DNA from: a virus
Length of the DNA: 42,501 bases
Direction: 5' to 3' (one strand)
IMG/VR virus record: IMGVR_UViG_3300045988_049685
Location: 1-42,501 of that record
Below the pieces are notes generated by a model. That model saw nothing but the letters and a program-made list of their open reading frames with translations, did no database searches and had not been told where the DNA came from. Of the stretch, positions 8,025 to 14,725 are shown in pieces (the first letter of the stretch is position 1; every line of letters begins with the position of its first letter). The position numbers and the translations under genes were made by a program.

Positions 8025-8164
8025 GTTGAAAAATGTGAACTTATATGCTATCATAAAAGCGCCAACAAATATGACGCATATGTGTTCACCGTTTTCAACT
8101 CATGACCCCATTATAGTTTACGTTTTTCACCTTGTCAAGGGGTTTAGTTGAATTTTGTGAACTT
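8025..8164. promoter_or_regulatory. immunity switch region with three 18-bp operator-like repeats
   Basis: O1 8025-8042 GTTGAAAAATGTGAACTT. O2 8082-8099 is inverted (rc GTTGAAAACGGTGAACAC). O3 8147-8164 GTTGAATTTTGTGAACTT. Each contains a TTGAA(A/T) -35-like hexamer; for example TTGAAA-17-TATCAT at 8026-8054 (+). Confidence 0.6.
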
Positions 8165-8197
8165 TGTCGTTATGCACAAAATAACAGAGGTGATATT

Positions 8198-8551
8198 GTG
8201 TTCTATGACAGGTTTGCATATCTGTGTAAACAAAAGGGTGTGTCCGTAAGCCGCGGCGCCCTAGAAGCGGGGATTAGCAAATCCCTTGTAACAAAGTGGA
8301 AAACAAACAATACGGAGATCCCTTCTCCGGATGTAATCGGAAAACTAAGCAAGTATTTCGGTCTCCCCGTCTCTGAATTGCTTGGCGAAGAACCATCAAA
8401 AACTCCTGGCGAAACAGAAAAAGCCCCGATGCCTAATGACATCGGGGAGGAAAATATTCTTCGGATGTACCGTTCTTTGTCTACTGAGGAAAAAGGGGCG
8501 TGGTACGCTTACGCGCTTACACTGAAAGAAATGCAAAAAGAAGGAGAATAA
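8198..8551 (+). CDS. CI-like XRE-family repressor (no peptidase domain)
   Basis: Start set to the in-frame GTG 8198 (AGAGG 7 nt upstream). N-terminal HTH FYDRFAYLCKQKGVSVSRGALEAGISKSLVTKWK. The short helical C-terminus has no S24 motifs. It is on the same strand as int. Confidence 0.8.
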   Translation: MFYDRFAYLCKQKGVSVSRGALEAGISKSLVTKWKTNNTEIPSPDVIGKLSKYFGLPVSELLGEEPSKTPGETEKAPMPNDIGEENILRMYRSLSTEEKGAWYAYALTLKEMQKEGE

Positions 8552-8553
8552 TT

Positions 8554-8781
8554 ATGGGTATGAAGGAAACAACCTATCAGGTAGACTGCCCGATTACCGG
8601 CAGACCCGAAAATGTCTTTATTCGCTCCACGCTGTGGGAAGAAGTGTTTGTTGCTTCCTTTACTGGCTGCAACGGTCAGTGGAGCAGCTCCCCGGAATGT
8701 GAGGCCTGCCGGAAAGCTGCTCAGGCCAGGTTTACCGAAGAGCATTCAGGATCACCGTCAATCCATTGGAACAGGCCTTGA
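8554..8781 (+). CDS. hypothetical Cys-containing protein
   Basis: Start at ATG 8554 (AAGGAG upstream), 3 nt after the repressor stop. 75 aa. Its 3' end overlaps the convergent gene by 50 nt. Confidence 0.6.
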   Translation: MGMKETTYQVDCPITGRPENVFIRSTLWEEVFVASFTGCNGQWSSSPECEACRKAAQARFTEEHSGSPSIHWNRP

Positions 8782-9007
8782 GGAATGCTTCCTGGTTAAG
8801 CTCTGCGTACCATTTGATTCGGCTCATGGCTTCTTCCAGCATTCCCTGCTGCGTGAGCCAGCCCAGATCGTGCAGAATCCATGCTGAAAACTCCAATGCC
8901 TCCGGGTCGAGCTTTTCTACGGTGCTCTTTTTCATCGTTGGATGGAATAGCTTTTCCCCCTGCTCTTTGGTTAACTCAAGTTCCATAGAAGTTACTGGCT
9001 TACACAT
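8732..9007 (-). CDS. hypothetical protein, second gene of the SOS-box operon
   Basis: 91-aa ORF with GGAGGTG 6 nt upstream of ATG 9007. Confidence 0.55.
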   Translation of the reverse strand: MCKPVTSMELELTKEQGEKLFHPTMKKSTVEKLDPEALEFSAWILHDLGWLTQQGMLEEAMSRIKWYAELNQEAFLKACSNGLTVILNALR

Positions 9008-9010
9008 TTT

Positions 9011-9187
9011 TTACACCTCCACAGTTGGTTTTTCGTTGGTTTCATCACTTATTATACCACAATCTGCGGTTTTATCAAGTGGTGGCCGTTTGGACAGCAG
9101 ATCGGAAAAGAAGCACAGAAGCCTCCGTTTGTTTTCATCTGTTAATGTCCGGTAAACGCTGATAAAGCCCTTTTCGTCCGCTGTCAT
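9011..9187 (-). CDS. small HTH-less protein resembling the repressor C-terminal helix (candidate antirepressor)
   Basis: Start moved to ATG 9187 (AAAGGAGAGG upstream). 58 aa. GFISVYRTLTDENKRRLL aligns with repressor NILRMYRSLSTEEKGAWY. Confidence 0.55.
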   Translation of the reverse strand: MTADEKGFISVYRTLTDENKRRLLCFFSDLLSKRPPLDKTADCGIISDETNEKPTVEV

Positions 9188-9217
9188 TTCTACCTCTCCT
9201 TTACTTTTTATCATTAT

Positions 9218-9231
9218 CGAACGCCTGTTCG
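9218..9231. promoter_or_regulatory. Cheo-type SOS (LexA/DinR) box CGAACGCCTGTTCG
   Basis: Perfect CGAAC-N4-GTTCG palindrome 31 nt upstream of ATG 9187. It sits just downstream of a minus-strand extended -10 (TGTTATAAC, fwd 9244-9252). Confidence 0.6.
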
Positions 9232-9311
9232 GCTTATGCGCTAGTTATAACATACTATCTGTCCAATAAACCGGACTAATTAAAAAATTGCACAAAAAAT
9301 TTTTCTTTTCA

Positions 9312-9340
9312 TTGAAATTATATGTCGAGCGTGGTATTAT
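9312..9340 (+). promoter_or_regulatory. sigma70-type promoter TTGAAA-17-TATTAT
   Basis: TTGAAA 9312-9317, 17-nt spacer, TATTAT 9335-9340, upstream of dinD. Confidence 0.6.
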
Positions 9341-9400
9341 TTCCCTGTAGAATTGTCCAGTTTGGCGCTGATATAAATAGTTGGAAAGGACGTATGACGC

Positions 9401-10243
9401 ATGGAAGGATATGAATTGGAAAGCTATTCCGAGCAAACATTTGAAAGCATAAAGCACATTGACGAATATGGCCAGGAATATTGGCTCGCCAGAGAACTTG
9501 CGCGAGTTCTTCAATATGCGGACTGGAGAAACTTTGAAAATATTCTCTTTAAGGCGATGGACGCCTGCAAGAACAGTGGAATTTCTATCGAAGACAATTT
9601 CGGCGAAGTTACCAGTTTCACAAAAATGAACACCGGAAGTGTCCGTAAAATTAGTGATTATGCACTAACTCGCTATGCGTGTTACCTGATTGTGATGAAC
9701 GGCGACCCTTCTAAGCCCGTAATAGCTGTCGGTCAGACATATTTTGCGGTAAAAACGCGTCAGCAGGAATTGATTGACAACTACGACCAGCTTTCCGAAG
9801 ATCAGAAACGATTGGCAATTCGTGATGAGATGACCGCTCACAACAAGTCTCTTGCGGAAGCGGCACAAATGGCCGGAATTGAAGATCCACGGGACTACGC
9901 AATATTTCAAAACAAGGGCTATCAGGGGCTATACGGCGGACTGGGAATGAAGGAGATTCACGCACGAAAAGGCTTAAAAAAGAGCCAGAGAATACTGGAT
10001 CACATGGGAAGCACTGAACTTGCAGCAAATCTCTTCCGCGCCACCCAGACGGATGAAAAGCTTCGCCGCGAAGGCATTCGCGGCAAGCAAGCTGCAAATA
10101 ATACGCACTATGAAGTTGGGAAGAAGGTGCGTCAGACCATAAAAGATTTGGGTGGCACCATGCCGGAAGACCTGCCTACGCCGGAAAAGAGCATTGCTCA
10201 AATTGAGCGTGAGCAAAAGAAGCTGAAAGGCGAACGCGAGTAA
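9401..10243 (+). CDS. dinD: DNA-damage-inducible protein D homolog
   Basis: 280 aa, collinear with E. coli DinD as I recall it: RYACYLIVMNGDPSKPVIAVGQTYFAVKTRQQEL, FQNKGYQGLYGGL and ILDHMGSTELAANLFRATQT. Confidence 0.93.
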   Translation: MEGYELESYSEQTFESIKHIDEYGQEYWLARELARVLQYADWRNFENILFKAMDACKNSGISIEDNFGEVTSFTKMNTGSVRKISDYALTRYACYLIVMNGDPSKPVIAVGQTYFAVKTRQQELIDNYDQLSEDQKRLAIRDEMTAHNKSLAEAAQMAGIEDPRDYAIFQNKGYQGLYGGLGMKEIHARKGLKKSQRILDHMGSTELAANLFRATQTDEKLRREGIRGKQAANNTHYEVGKKVRQTIKDLGGTMPEDLPTPEKSIAQIEREQKKLKGERE

Positions 10244-10266
10244 ATCTTCCACCAGAATCAAGGATT

Positions 10267-10302
10267 GCCCCGCCACCCGTGCCACAAGGTGACGGGGCTT
10301 TG
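10267..10302 (+). terminator. putative intrinsic terminator after dinD
   Basis: gccccgccacc / ggtgacggggc stem (one mismatch) followed by TTTG. Confidence 0.5.
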
Positions 10303-10437
10303 CCGCCGGAATGGTGTGTCCCTTGCCGGTTGCAATATCACCATAGCATTTTCAGCTATAGAAAGTAAACCACACATCTGATTCCGTCGGAATCAAATGT
10401 GAACAATCCAGTATCAAATTTAATAGGAGGGCGAATT

Positions 10438-11124
10438 ATGGATTCAAATACAGGCCAAACATTCATCGAGGAAATGCAGCCGAATTTCGATGCCCTCCCG
10501 GAAAGGCTGAAAGACGAGAAATTCCGGAACCATCTGACGAATCAGCAGCTTTCTGACGTGTCCGGCGTTCCTATCGCCACAACAAGCCGGATTCTTTCCG
10601 GTGCCGTATCGAACCCCGGCTTTTTCCATATCGCCGCGCTGTGCGCCGCTATGGGCGTGTCAATGGATTCCGTTGCAGGTGTTCACCCAAGCGGAGATCA
10701 GGCGGAAATAGACCAGCTCCGGCAGGAGATAGCATACAAGGACGAGATAATTGCCGAGAAGGGCGCGGCGATAGACCGCTTACTGGACAGGAGCCGCATT
10801 ATGGAGGCTGGTGTCGCGGCCAGAGATGACCGCATCGGCAAACAAAATGAAGAAATAAAGAATGTCCGCAGCTCATACAAAATCCTTGTGTACGGGCTGT
10901 GCGGCGTTTGCATTACGCTGACATTTGTGTTGGCAATCTATGTGGCTCTGGATAGCCAAGCGCCAGACCAGGGGCTGATACAGTCTGATAATGTTTCTCC
11001 GGTCGTATGGGCAGGTGCGGCGGCTGTTATTGTACTGCTGTTCGGCCTTCTGCACTTCACTGTAAGCAAATTATCAAAAAAGAGGGATACGCTATGGGAA
11101 GAAAGAAAAAAGAGCCGGGGGTAA
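10438..11124 (+). CDS. membrane-anchored HTH protein (HTH, coiled coil, two TM helices)
   Basis: Start at ATG 10438 (TAGGAGGG upstream). HTH LTNQQLSDVSGVPIATTSRILSG. Heptad-rich middle. C-terminal TM segments ILVYGLCGVCITLTFVLAIYVAL and VVWAGAAAVIVLLFGLLHFTV. Confidence 0.75.
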   Translation: MDSNTGQTFIEEMQPNFDALPERLKDEKFRNHLTNQQLSDVSGVPIATTSRILSGAVSNPGFFHIAALCAAMGVSMDSVAGVHPSGDQAEIDQLRQEIAYKDEIIAEKGAAIDRLLDRSRIMEAGVAARDDRIGKQNEEIKNVRSSYKILVYGLCGVCITLTFVLAIYVALDSQAPDQGLIQSDNVSPVVWAGAAAVIVLLFGLLHFTVSKLSKKRDTLWEERKKSRG

Positions 11125-12161
11125 AACTCCCGGCTATAATACAACTCCCGTCAGGGTCATGGCGAACAAGAATCTATATCGACGGCCGCACAGTATCCAT
11201 AACGAAAGACACCTACGACGAATGCGCGGCGGAATACCTCGCCATGAAGCACGGGGTCATTGAAGCGAAAGCCGCCCCCATGAAGCACGGGGTGCCGCTG
11301 GGGGATGCTCTCGACAAATACATTTCGACCCGGAAGGGGTTCAAGTCGCCGTCAACGATTTATGCGTATGAATCCTACCGCAAGCAGCGCTTCCAAAGCA
11401 TGATGGTGGCTGACGTGTACACCACCACGGACGAACAGTGGCAAGCCGCCATCCGCAGGGAAGCAAAATCACTGTCCCCGAAATATATCAAAAACGTGTG
11501 GATGCTGATCTCCGCCGCGATATTCGAGGAAACCGGACGCAGACCGCGGGTGACCCTGCCGGAAAAGGAACACAACGAAAAGCCGTACCTTGACCCGGAT
11601 CAGATACCGGTGTTCCTGCAAGCCATAAAAGGGGAATCGATAGAAATTGCCGCCCTGCTGGAATTATCCAGCTTGCGCAGGTCGGAGATGCTGGCGCTGA
11701 CGTGGGACAAGGTCGATTTCAAGAACGAAATAATATATGTCCACGGGGCAAGAGTGGCCGGGGACGGCGGCAAGCTGGTTCACAAGAAGCAGAACAAAAA
11801 CGATTCCTCCCGGCGCACGGTGCCGATTATTGAGCCGCTGATGGAAGCACTAAAGGCAGTTGATAGCAAGGAAGGCTATGTCGTCAACCTGACCGGCGGG
11901 TGGATATGCACAAGGATAAACGAGATTTGTTCCGCCAACGGCCTGCCGAAAGTCGGGAACCACGGATTGCGGCACAGCTTCGCATCTCTGGCTTATCACC
12001 TCCAGATACCGGAAAAGATAGCAATGGAAATTGGCGGGTGGGCAGATGACGGGACGATGCACAAAATATATACACATCTGGCACAGAAAGACATTGCAAA
12101 ACGGGCGCAGGATTTCCGGAACTTCTTTGTGTCAAATGCGGATAAAAAAGCACAAATTTGA
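11094..12161 (+). CDS. int: tyrosine-type site-specific integrase
   Basis: Start at ATG 11094 (MGRKKKEPG...). Catalytic motifs RRSEMLALTWDKVDF, HGLRHSFASLAY and GGWADDGTMHKIYTH. The start overlaps the upstream gene by 31 nt. Confidence 0.93.
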   Translation: MGRKKKEPGVKLPAIIQLPSGSWRTRIYIDGRTVSITKDTYDECAAEYLAMKHGVIEAKAAPMKHGVPLGDALDKYISTRKGFKSPSTIYAYESYRKQRFQSMMVADVYTTTDEQWQAAIRREAKSLSPKYIKNVWMLISAAIFEETGRRPRVTLPEKEHNEKPYLDPDQIPVFLQAIKGESIEIAALLELSSLRRSEMLALTWDKVDFKNEIIYVHGARVAGDGGKLVHKKQNKNDSSRRTVPIIEPLMEALKAVDSKEGYVVNLTGGWICTRINEICSANGLPKVGNHGLRHSFASLAYHLQIPEKIAMEIGGWADDGTMHKIYTHLAQKDIAKRAQDFRNFFVSNADKKAQI

Positions 12162-12223
12162 CACGCCATTTGACACAGATTTTGAAAAATCGTTGTATAC
12201 CAACGCTTTTTGCCGTTTTAATC

Positions 12224-12251
12224 GCGGGTTCGATTCCCGTACGGGTCACCA
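12224..12251 (+). other. attP core candidate: tRNA 3'-end mimic (T-arm + acceptor 3' strand + CCA)
   Basis: GCGGG TTCGATT CCCGT ACGGGTC A CCA. There is no matching 5' acceptor, D arm or anticodon arm upstream, so it is a fragment and not a gene. Confidence 0.7.
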
Positions 12252-12260
12252 TGCAGAAAA

Positions 12261-12291
12261 AGCCCTAGAAATCAATTCTAGGGCTTTTTTA
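12261..12291 (+). terminator. intrinsic terminator
   Basis: agccctagaa-atcaa-ttctagggct perfect 10-bp stem followed by TTTTTTATT. Confidence 0.8.
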
Positions 12292-12429
12292 TTGCTTTAT
12301 CAGCTATATTCCCACGTTCTCCGAACTATTCTGCGGGAAAATATTACCGCAGATTTTAATATTTTTCTGCGTGCGGTACGTTTTTAGGGCTCAAATTTGA
12401 CACGCCATTTGACGCGAAATTTGCCACGC

Positions 12430-12738
12430 TTACCGCTTGTACATCCCCTGCACCACTCCGACGTTCTCCGCCCGCTCAATATCCCGCTTGTGCAGGTACT
12501 CATAGACGGCCATCATGGCCGCAGGCGGTTCGCCCTTCTGCTTGCGGTATTCCTCGATGTGAGAAACAACGGCCTTGTGCAGGGCGTTCATGTGGTTCAT
12601 TTCCTCCCCGCTCAGCCTGTAAAACAGGTCTGCCAGCTCCGGGTCGTCGTGCTTGTATTCCACGGCCAGCTCTGCGTAGGTGTGCGCGTCTTCCAGCTCG
12701 TCCTCAATGTGCTCCATCAGCAGTTTAATTTCTTTCAT
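12430..12738 (-). CDS. hypothetical helical protein with two ExxH motifs (half-ferritin-like guess)
   Basis: 102 aa. Motifs ELEDAH and GEEMNH in predicted helices. ATGA overlap with the upstream gene. Confidence 0.6.
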   Translation of the reverse strand: MKEIKLLMEHIEDELEDAHTYAELAVEYKHDDPELADLFYRLSGEEMNHMNALHKAVVSHIEEYRKQKGEPPAAMMAVYEYLHKRDIERAENVGVVQGMYKR

Positions 12739-13085
12739 CTGATGCCCTCCTGAATGTACGCATACAGCGTATCAATATCTTGCTTTCCCAGCTTGAGCGT
12801 AAGCCCGATTCCGGGGATTTTCACGGGCAGCGCCTCTGTCCCCATGTATGGCTTTGCGGCGTTGTACAGGGCGTCAACGTCCACAGTGCCATGCTCCATA
12901 TCGTAAACGCCCAGCGCCTTTACCATGGGATGATCTGCGTACTGGGCAATAATCTTCGGGAAATTTGCGGCAAGCAGCCCCCCAGCCCCGGCAACCAGAA
13001 CTCTGTCCCAGCCGGAAAGACTTGGAGCAATGCTTCTGTCAATGAATCTCGCAAGCCCTGCCTGCACGTTTTCCATAGGAATCAT
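12735..13085 (-). CDS. hypothetical protein
   Basis: 116-aa ORF with AAGGAGG upstream of ATG 13085; no family recognised. Confidence 0.6.
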   Translation of the reverse strand: MIPMENVQAGLARFIDRSIAPSLSGWDRVLVAGAGGLLAANFPKIIAQYADHPMVKALGVYDMEHGTVDVDALYNAAKPYMGTEALPVKIPGIGLTLKLGKQDIDTLYAYIQEGIR

Positions 13086-13138
13086 AAATTACCTCCTTGA
13101 AAGTATGGGGCGGCGGCTGCCGCCCCAATTGTCGGGAA

Positions 13139-13756
13139 TCAACCGTTGCAGCACCCGCCGCACTTGGGCAGGGGGTTGTACAGCGTCTGTGCCGTGGTGC
13201 CGGTTCCGGTGGTCACGTCGGCAACCTGCTTCGGATAGAAGGTCGCGTTGGCGTAAGTCACGATGGAATTGTCAGCGCAGCAACGCCGCTCTGCCTCGAT
13301 CTTGATGTCCTTAGACAGCTCAGCCCGAACGCATTCCACGTCCTGACGAACCAGCGCGAAGCTGTCCTCGGTGCGCTGATTGTGTACGGCCTGATCGCAC
13401 AGGGTCTTGCGAATGTCCTTGAGCTGTCCGTCAATGTAAGCGTACAGCTCAATGGATTTCTGGTCGTTGTAGGCGTTTGCCTTCAACAGCGCGATTTCGG
13501 AATCCTTGGCGGCGAGCTGCTGCTCACGATCCAGTTCATACCGGCTCACGGGCATGTTCTCGCTGCACCCGCCCCAGCCATAGCCATAGGGCATGGCGGG
13601 CATAACGGGAGCGGGGGGAACGGGATTGCGGTTGCCGAGAGCCAGAGCGCCCAGACCGCCCGCAGCATTCATCACGCCCAGCGCCAGACCGGCAATACCC
13701 GTGCCAAGGCCGGCACCGGCTACGCCTTTGCTTGCATAATCCTTTTCTACTTCCAT
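13139..13756 (-). CDS. hypothetical protein: Gly-rich hydrophobic N-terminus, coiled coil, Cys-rich C-terminus
   Basis: 205 aa with GAAGGAGG upstream. N-terminus GVAGAGLGTGIAGLALGVMNAAGGLGALALG, central heptads, C-terminal PKCGGCCNG. Confidence 0.65.
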   Translation of the reverse strand: MEVEKDYASKGVAGAGLGTGIAGLALGVMNAAGGLGALALGNRNPVPPAPVMPAMPYGYGWGGCSENMPVSRYELDREQQLAAKDSEIALLKANAYNDQKSIELYAYIDGQLKDIRKTLCDQAVHNQRTEDSFALVRQDVECVRAELSKDIKIEAERRCCADNSIVTYANATFYPKQVADVTTGTGTTAQTLYNPLPKCGGCCNG

Positions 13757-13774
13757 TAGAAGTCCTCCTTCAAA

Positions 13775-13794
13775 ATATTAGGAGGTGGCCACCT
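13775..13794 (-). promoter_or_regulatory. -10-like TAATAT plus perfect 12-bp palindrome AGGTGGCCACCT upstream of the cargo operon
   Basis: Minus-strand TAATAT (fwd 13775-13780) is immediately preceded by the palindrome at 13783-13794. There is no good -35. Confidence 0.35.
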
Positions 13795-13810
13795 TCTACC
13801 TATAGAATAA

Positions 13811-13853
13811 CAAAAATCCCGACGGTAGAATCATCATCTACTCGTCGGGATTT
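13811..13853 (-). terminator. intrinsic terminator closing the late/lysis operon
   Basis: Minus strand: aatcccgacg - 18-nt loop - cgtcgggatt, followed by TTTTGTT. Confidence 0.8.
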
Positions 13854-13887
13854 CGTCAATAAATCGTCAATAAATCGTCACGCAGAA

Positions 13888-14124
13888 TCAGAATTTCAGA
13901 TTTTCAGGGAGCTTGTCACTGTATTTTCTGCACAATTCGTATTCTATCCGCAACTTTTTAACCGTTCTTGTGATAGTGGCTTGGGACACACAAAACTTGT
14001 GGCACTGTTTTGTCTGGCTCCATCCGGCGGCTCGGGTGCGGATGATCTTTTCCTCTAGCGGCGTAAGAATCGCCAGAGAACAGAACTCATCCAGAATCAC
14101 CCGATTCCATCGGACTTTATCCAC
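13888..14124 (-). CDS. small sigma70-region-4 / LuxR-like HTH protein
   Basis: 78 aa. LTPLEEKIIRTRAAGWSQTKQCHKFCVSQATITRTVKKLRIEY has the region-4 HTH pattern. Confidence 0.6.
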   Translation of the reverse strand: MDKVRWNRVILDEFCSLAILTPLEEKIIRTRAAGWSQTKQCHKFCVSQATITRTVKKLRIEYELCRKYSDKLPENLKF

Positions 14125-14132
14125 TTATCACA

Positions 14133-14390
14133 TCAGTCCTCCTTGGGGGAACTGTAGGTTCTTGCCTGTTTGCTGTCAGCGATACCGGCGGTGGTAGGAT
14201 CATTGACCACGCCCAGAATCACCAGCAGGGCAAACACGGCGTTCACCACGGCCAGAAGCTTGTCGCCGATCTCACCCAAATCCAGCGTAAAGCCGAACAG
14301 GGCGGCTACCGTCTGCACCAGCAGAAGTAGCGCGGGAATCGCGGCCAGCCAGAAGTTCTTGTTCTTGATACGTACAATCCAGTTAATCAT
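14133..14390 (-). CDS. holin (phiLC3-type)
   Basis: Start moved to ATG 14390 (GGAGGAAAACAAA upstream). MINWIVRIKNKNFWLAAIPALLLLVQTVAALFG...VVNDPTTAGIADS matches the phiLC3 holin family pattern. Confidence 0.88.
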   Translation of the reverse strand: MINWIVRIKNKNFWLAAIPALLLLVQTVAALFGFTLDLGEIGDKLLAVVNAVFALLVILGVVNDPTTAGIADSKQARTYSSPKED

Positions 14391-14410
14391 TTTGTTTTCC
14401 TCCTTAAAAA

Positions 14411-14716
14411 TCAGCCCAGCCCAAGCCGGGCAAGAATAAACCCTACGACAGCGGCCACGACGATGTAGATGACCCTTTCCACCACAGATTTCCACCGCTT
14501 GCCGGGTTCGGATTTCAGCTCCTGCACGTCCGTGCAGAGGCCGTCAACCTTTTCCCCGGTAACTTCCACCTTCTCCGCCATGACGGCGACGGATGTTGCC
14601 AGCGTGTTCACCGCTTCCGTGTGCCGTTCCAGCGCGTCCAGACGGTGGGAGTTGGATTTGCTCCGCTGTTCTACCGCAGAAAGCCGCCCAGCGATTTCCG
14701 TTTCTTCCATTGGCAT
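14411..14716 (-). CDS. xhlA: XhlA-family lysis-associated membrane protein
   Basis: 101 aa. N-terminal coiled coil (RLSAVEQRSKSNSHRLDALERH) and a C-terminal TM helix. Position is between the endolysin and the holin. Confidence 0.8.
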   Translation of the reverse strand: MPMEETEIAGRLSAVEQRSKSNSHRLDALERHTEAVNTLATSVAVMAEKVEVTGEKVDGLCTDVQELKSEPGKRWKSVVERVIYIVVAAVVGFILARLGLG

Positions 14717-14725
14717 ACTCCTTTC

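Larger units (their letters stand above)
12153..12427 (+). repeat. direct repeats flanking the att core (candidate integrase arm-type sites)
   Basis: The 22-nt caaatttgacacgccatttgac occurs at 12153-12174 and 12392-12413. Five ATTTG(A/C)C(A/G)C nonamers lie at 12156, 12168, 12395, 12407 and 12419. Confidence 0.6.

Noticed and set aside
9245-9514. 89-aa minus-strand ORF across the dinD promoter and start
   Set aside because: It spans an AT-rich promoter region and the dinD 5' end. It has no RBS, and its product is hydrophobic and low-complexity.
12181-12251. Possible complete tRNA gene downstream of int
   Set aside because: Only the T arm, the acceptor 3' strand and CCA are present. No complementary GACCCGT 5' strand, D arm or anticodon arm exists upstream. 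I interpret it as the attP core.
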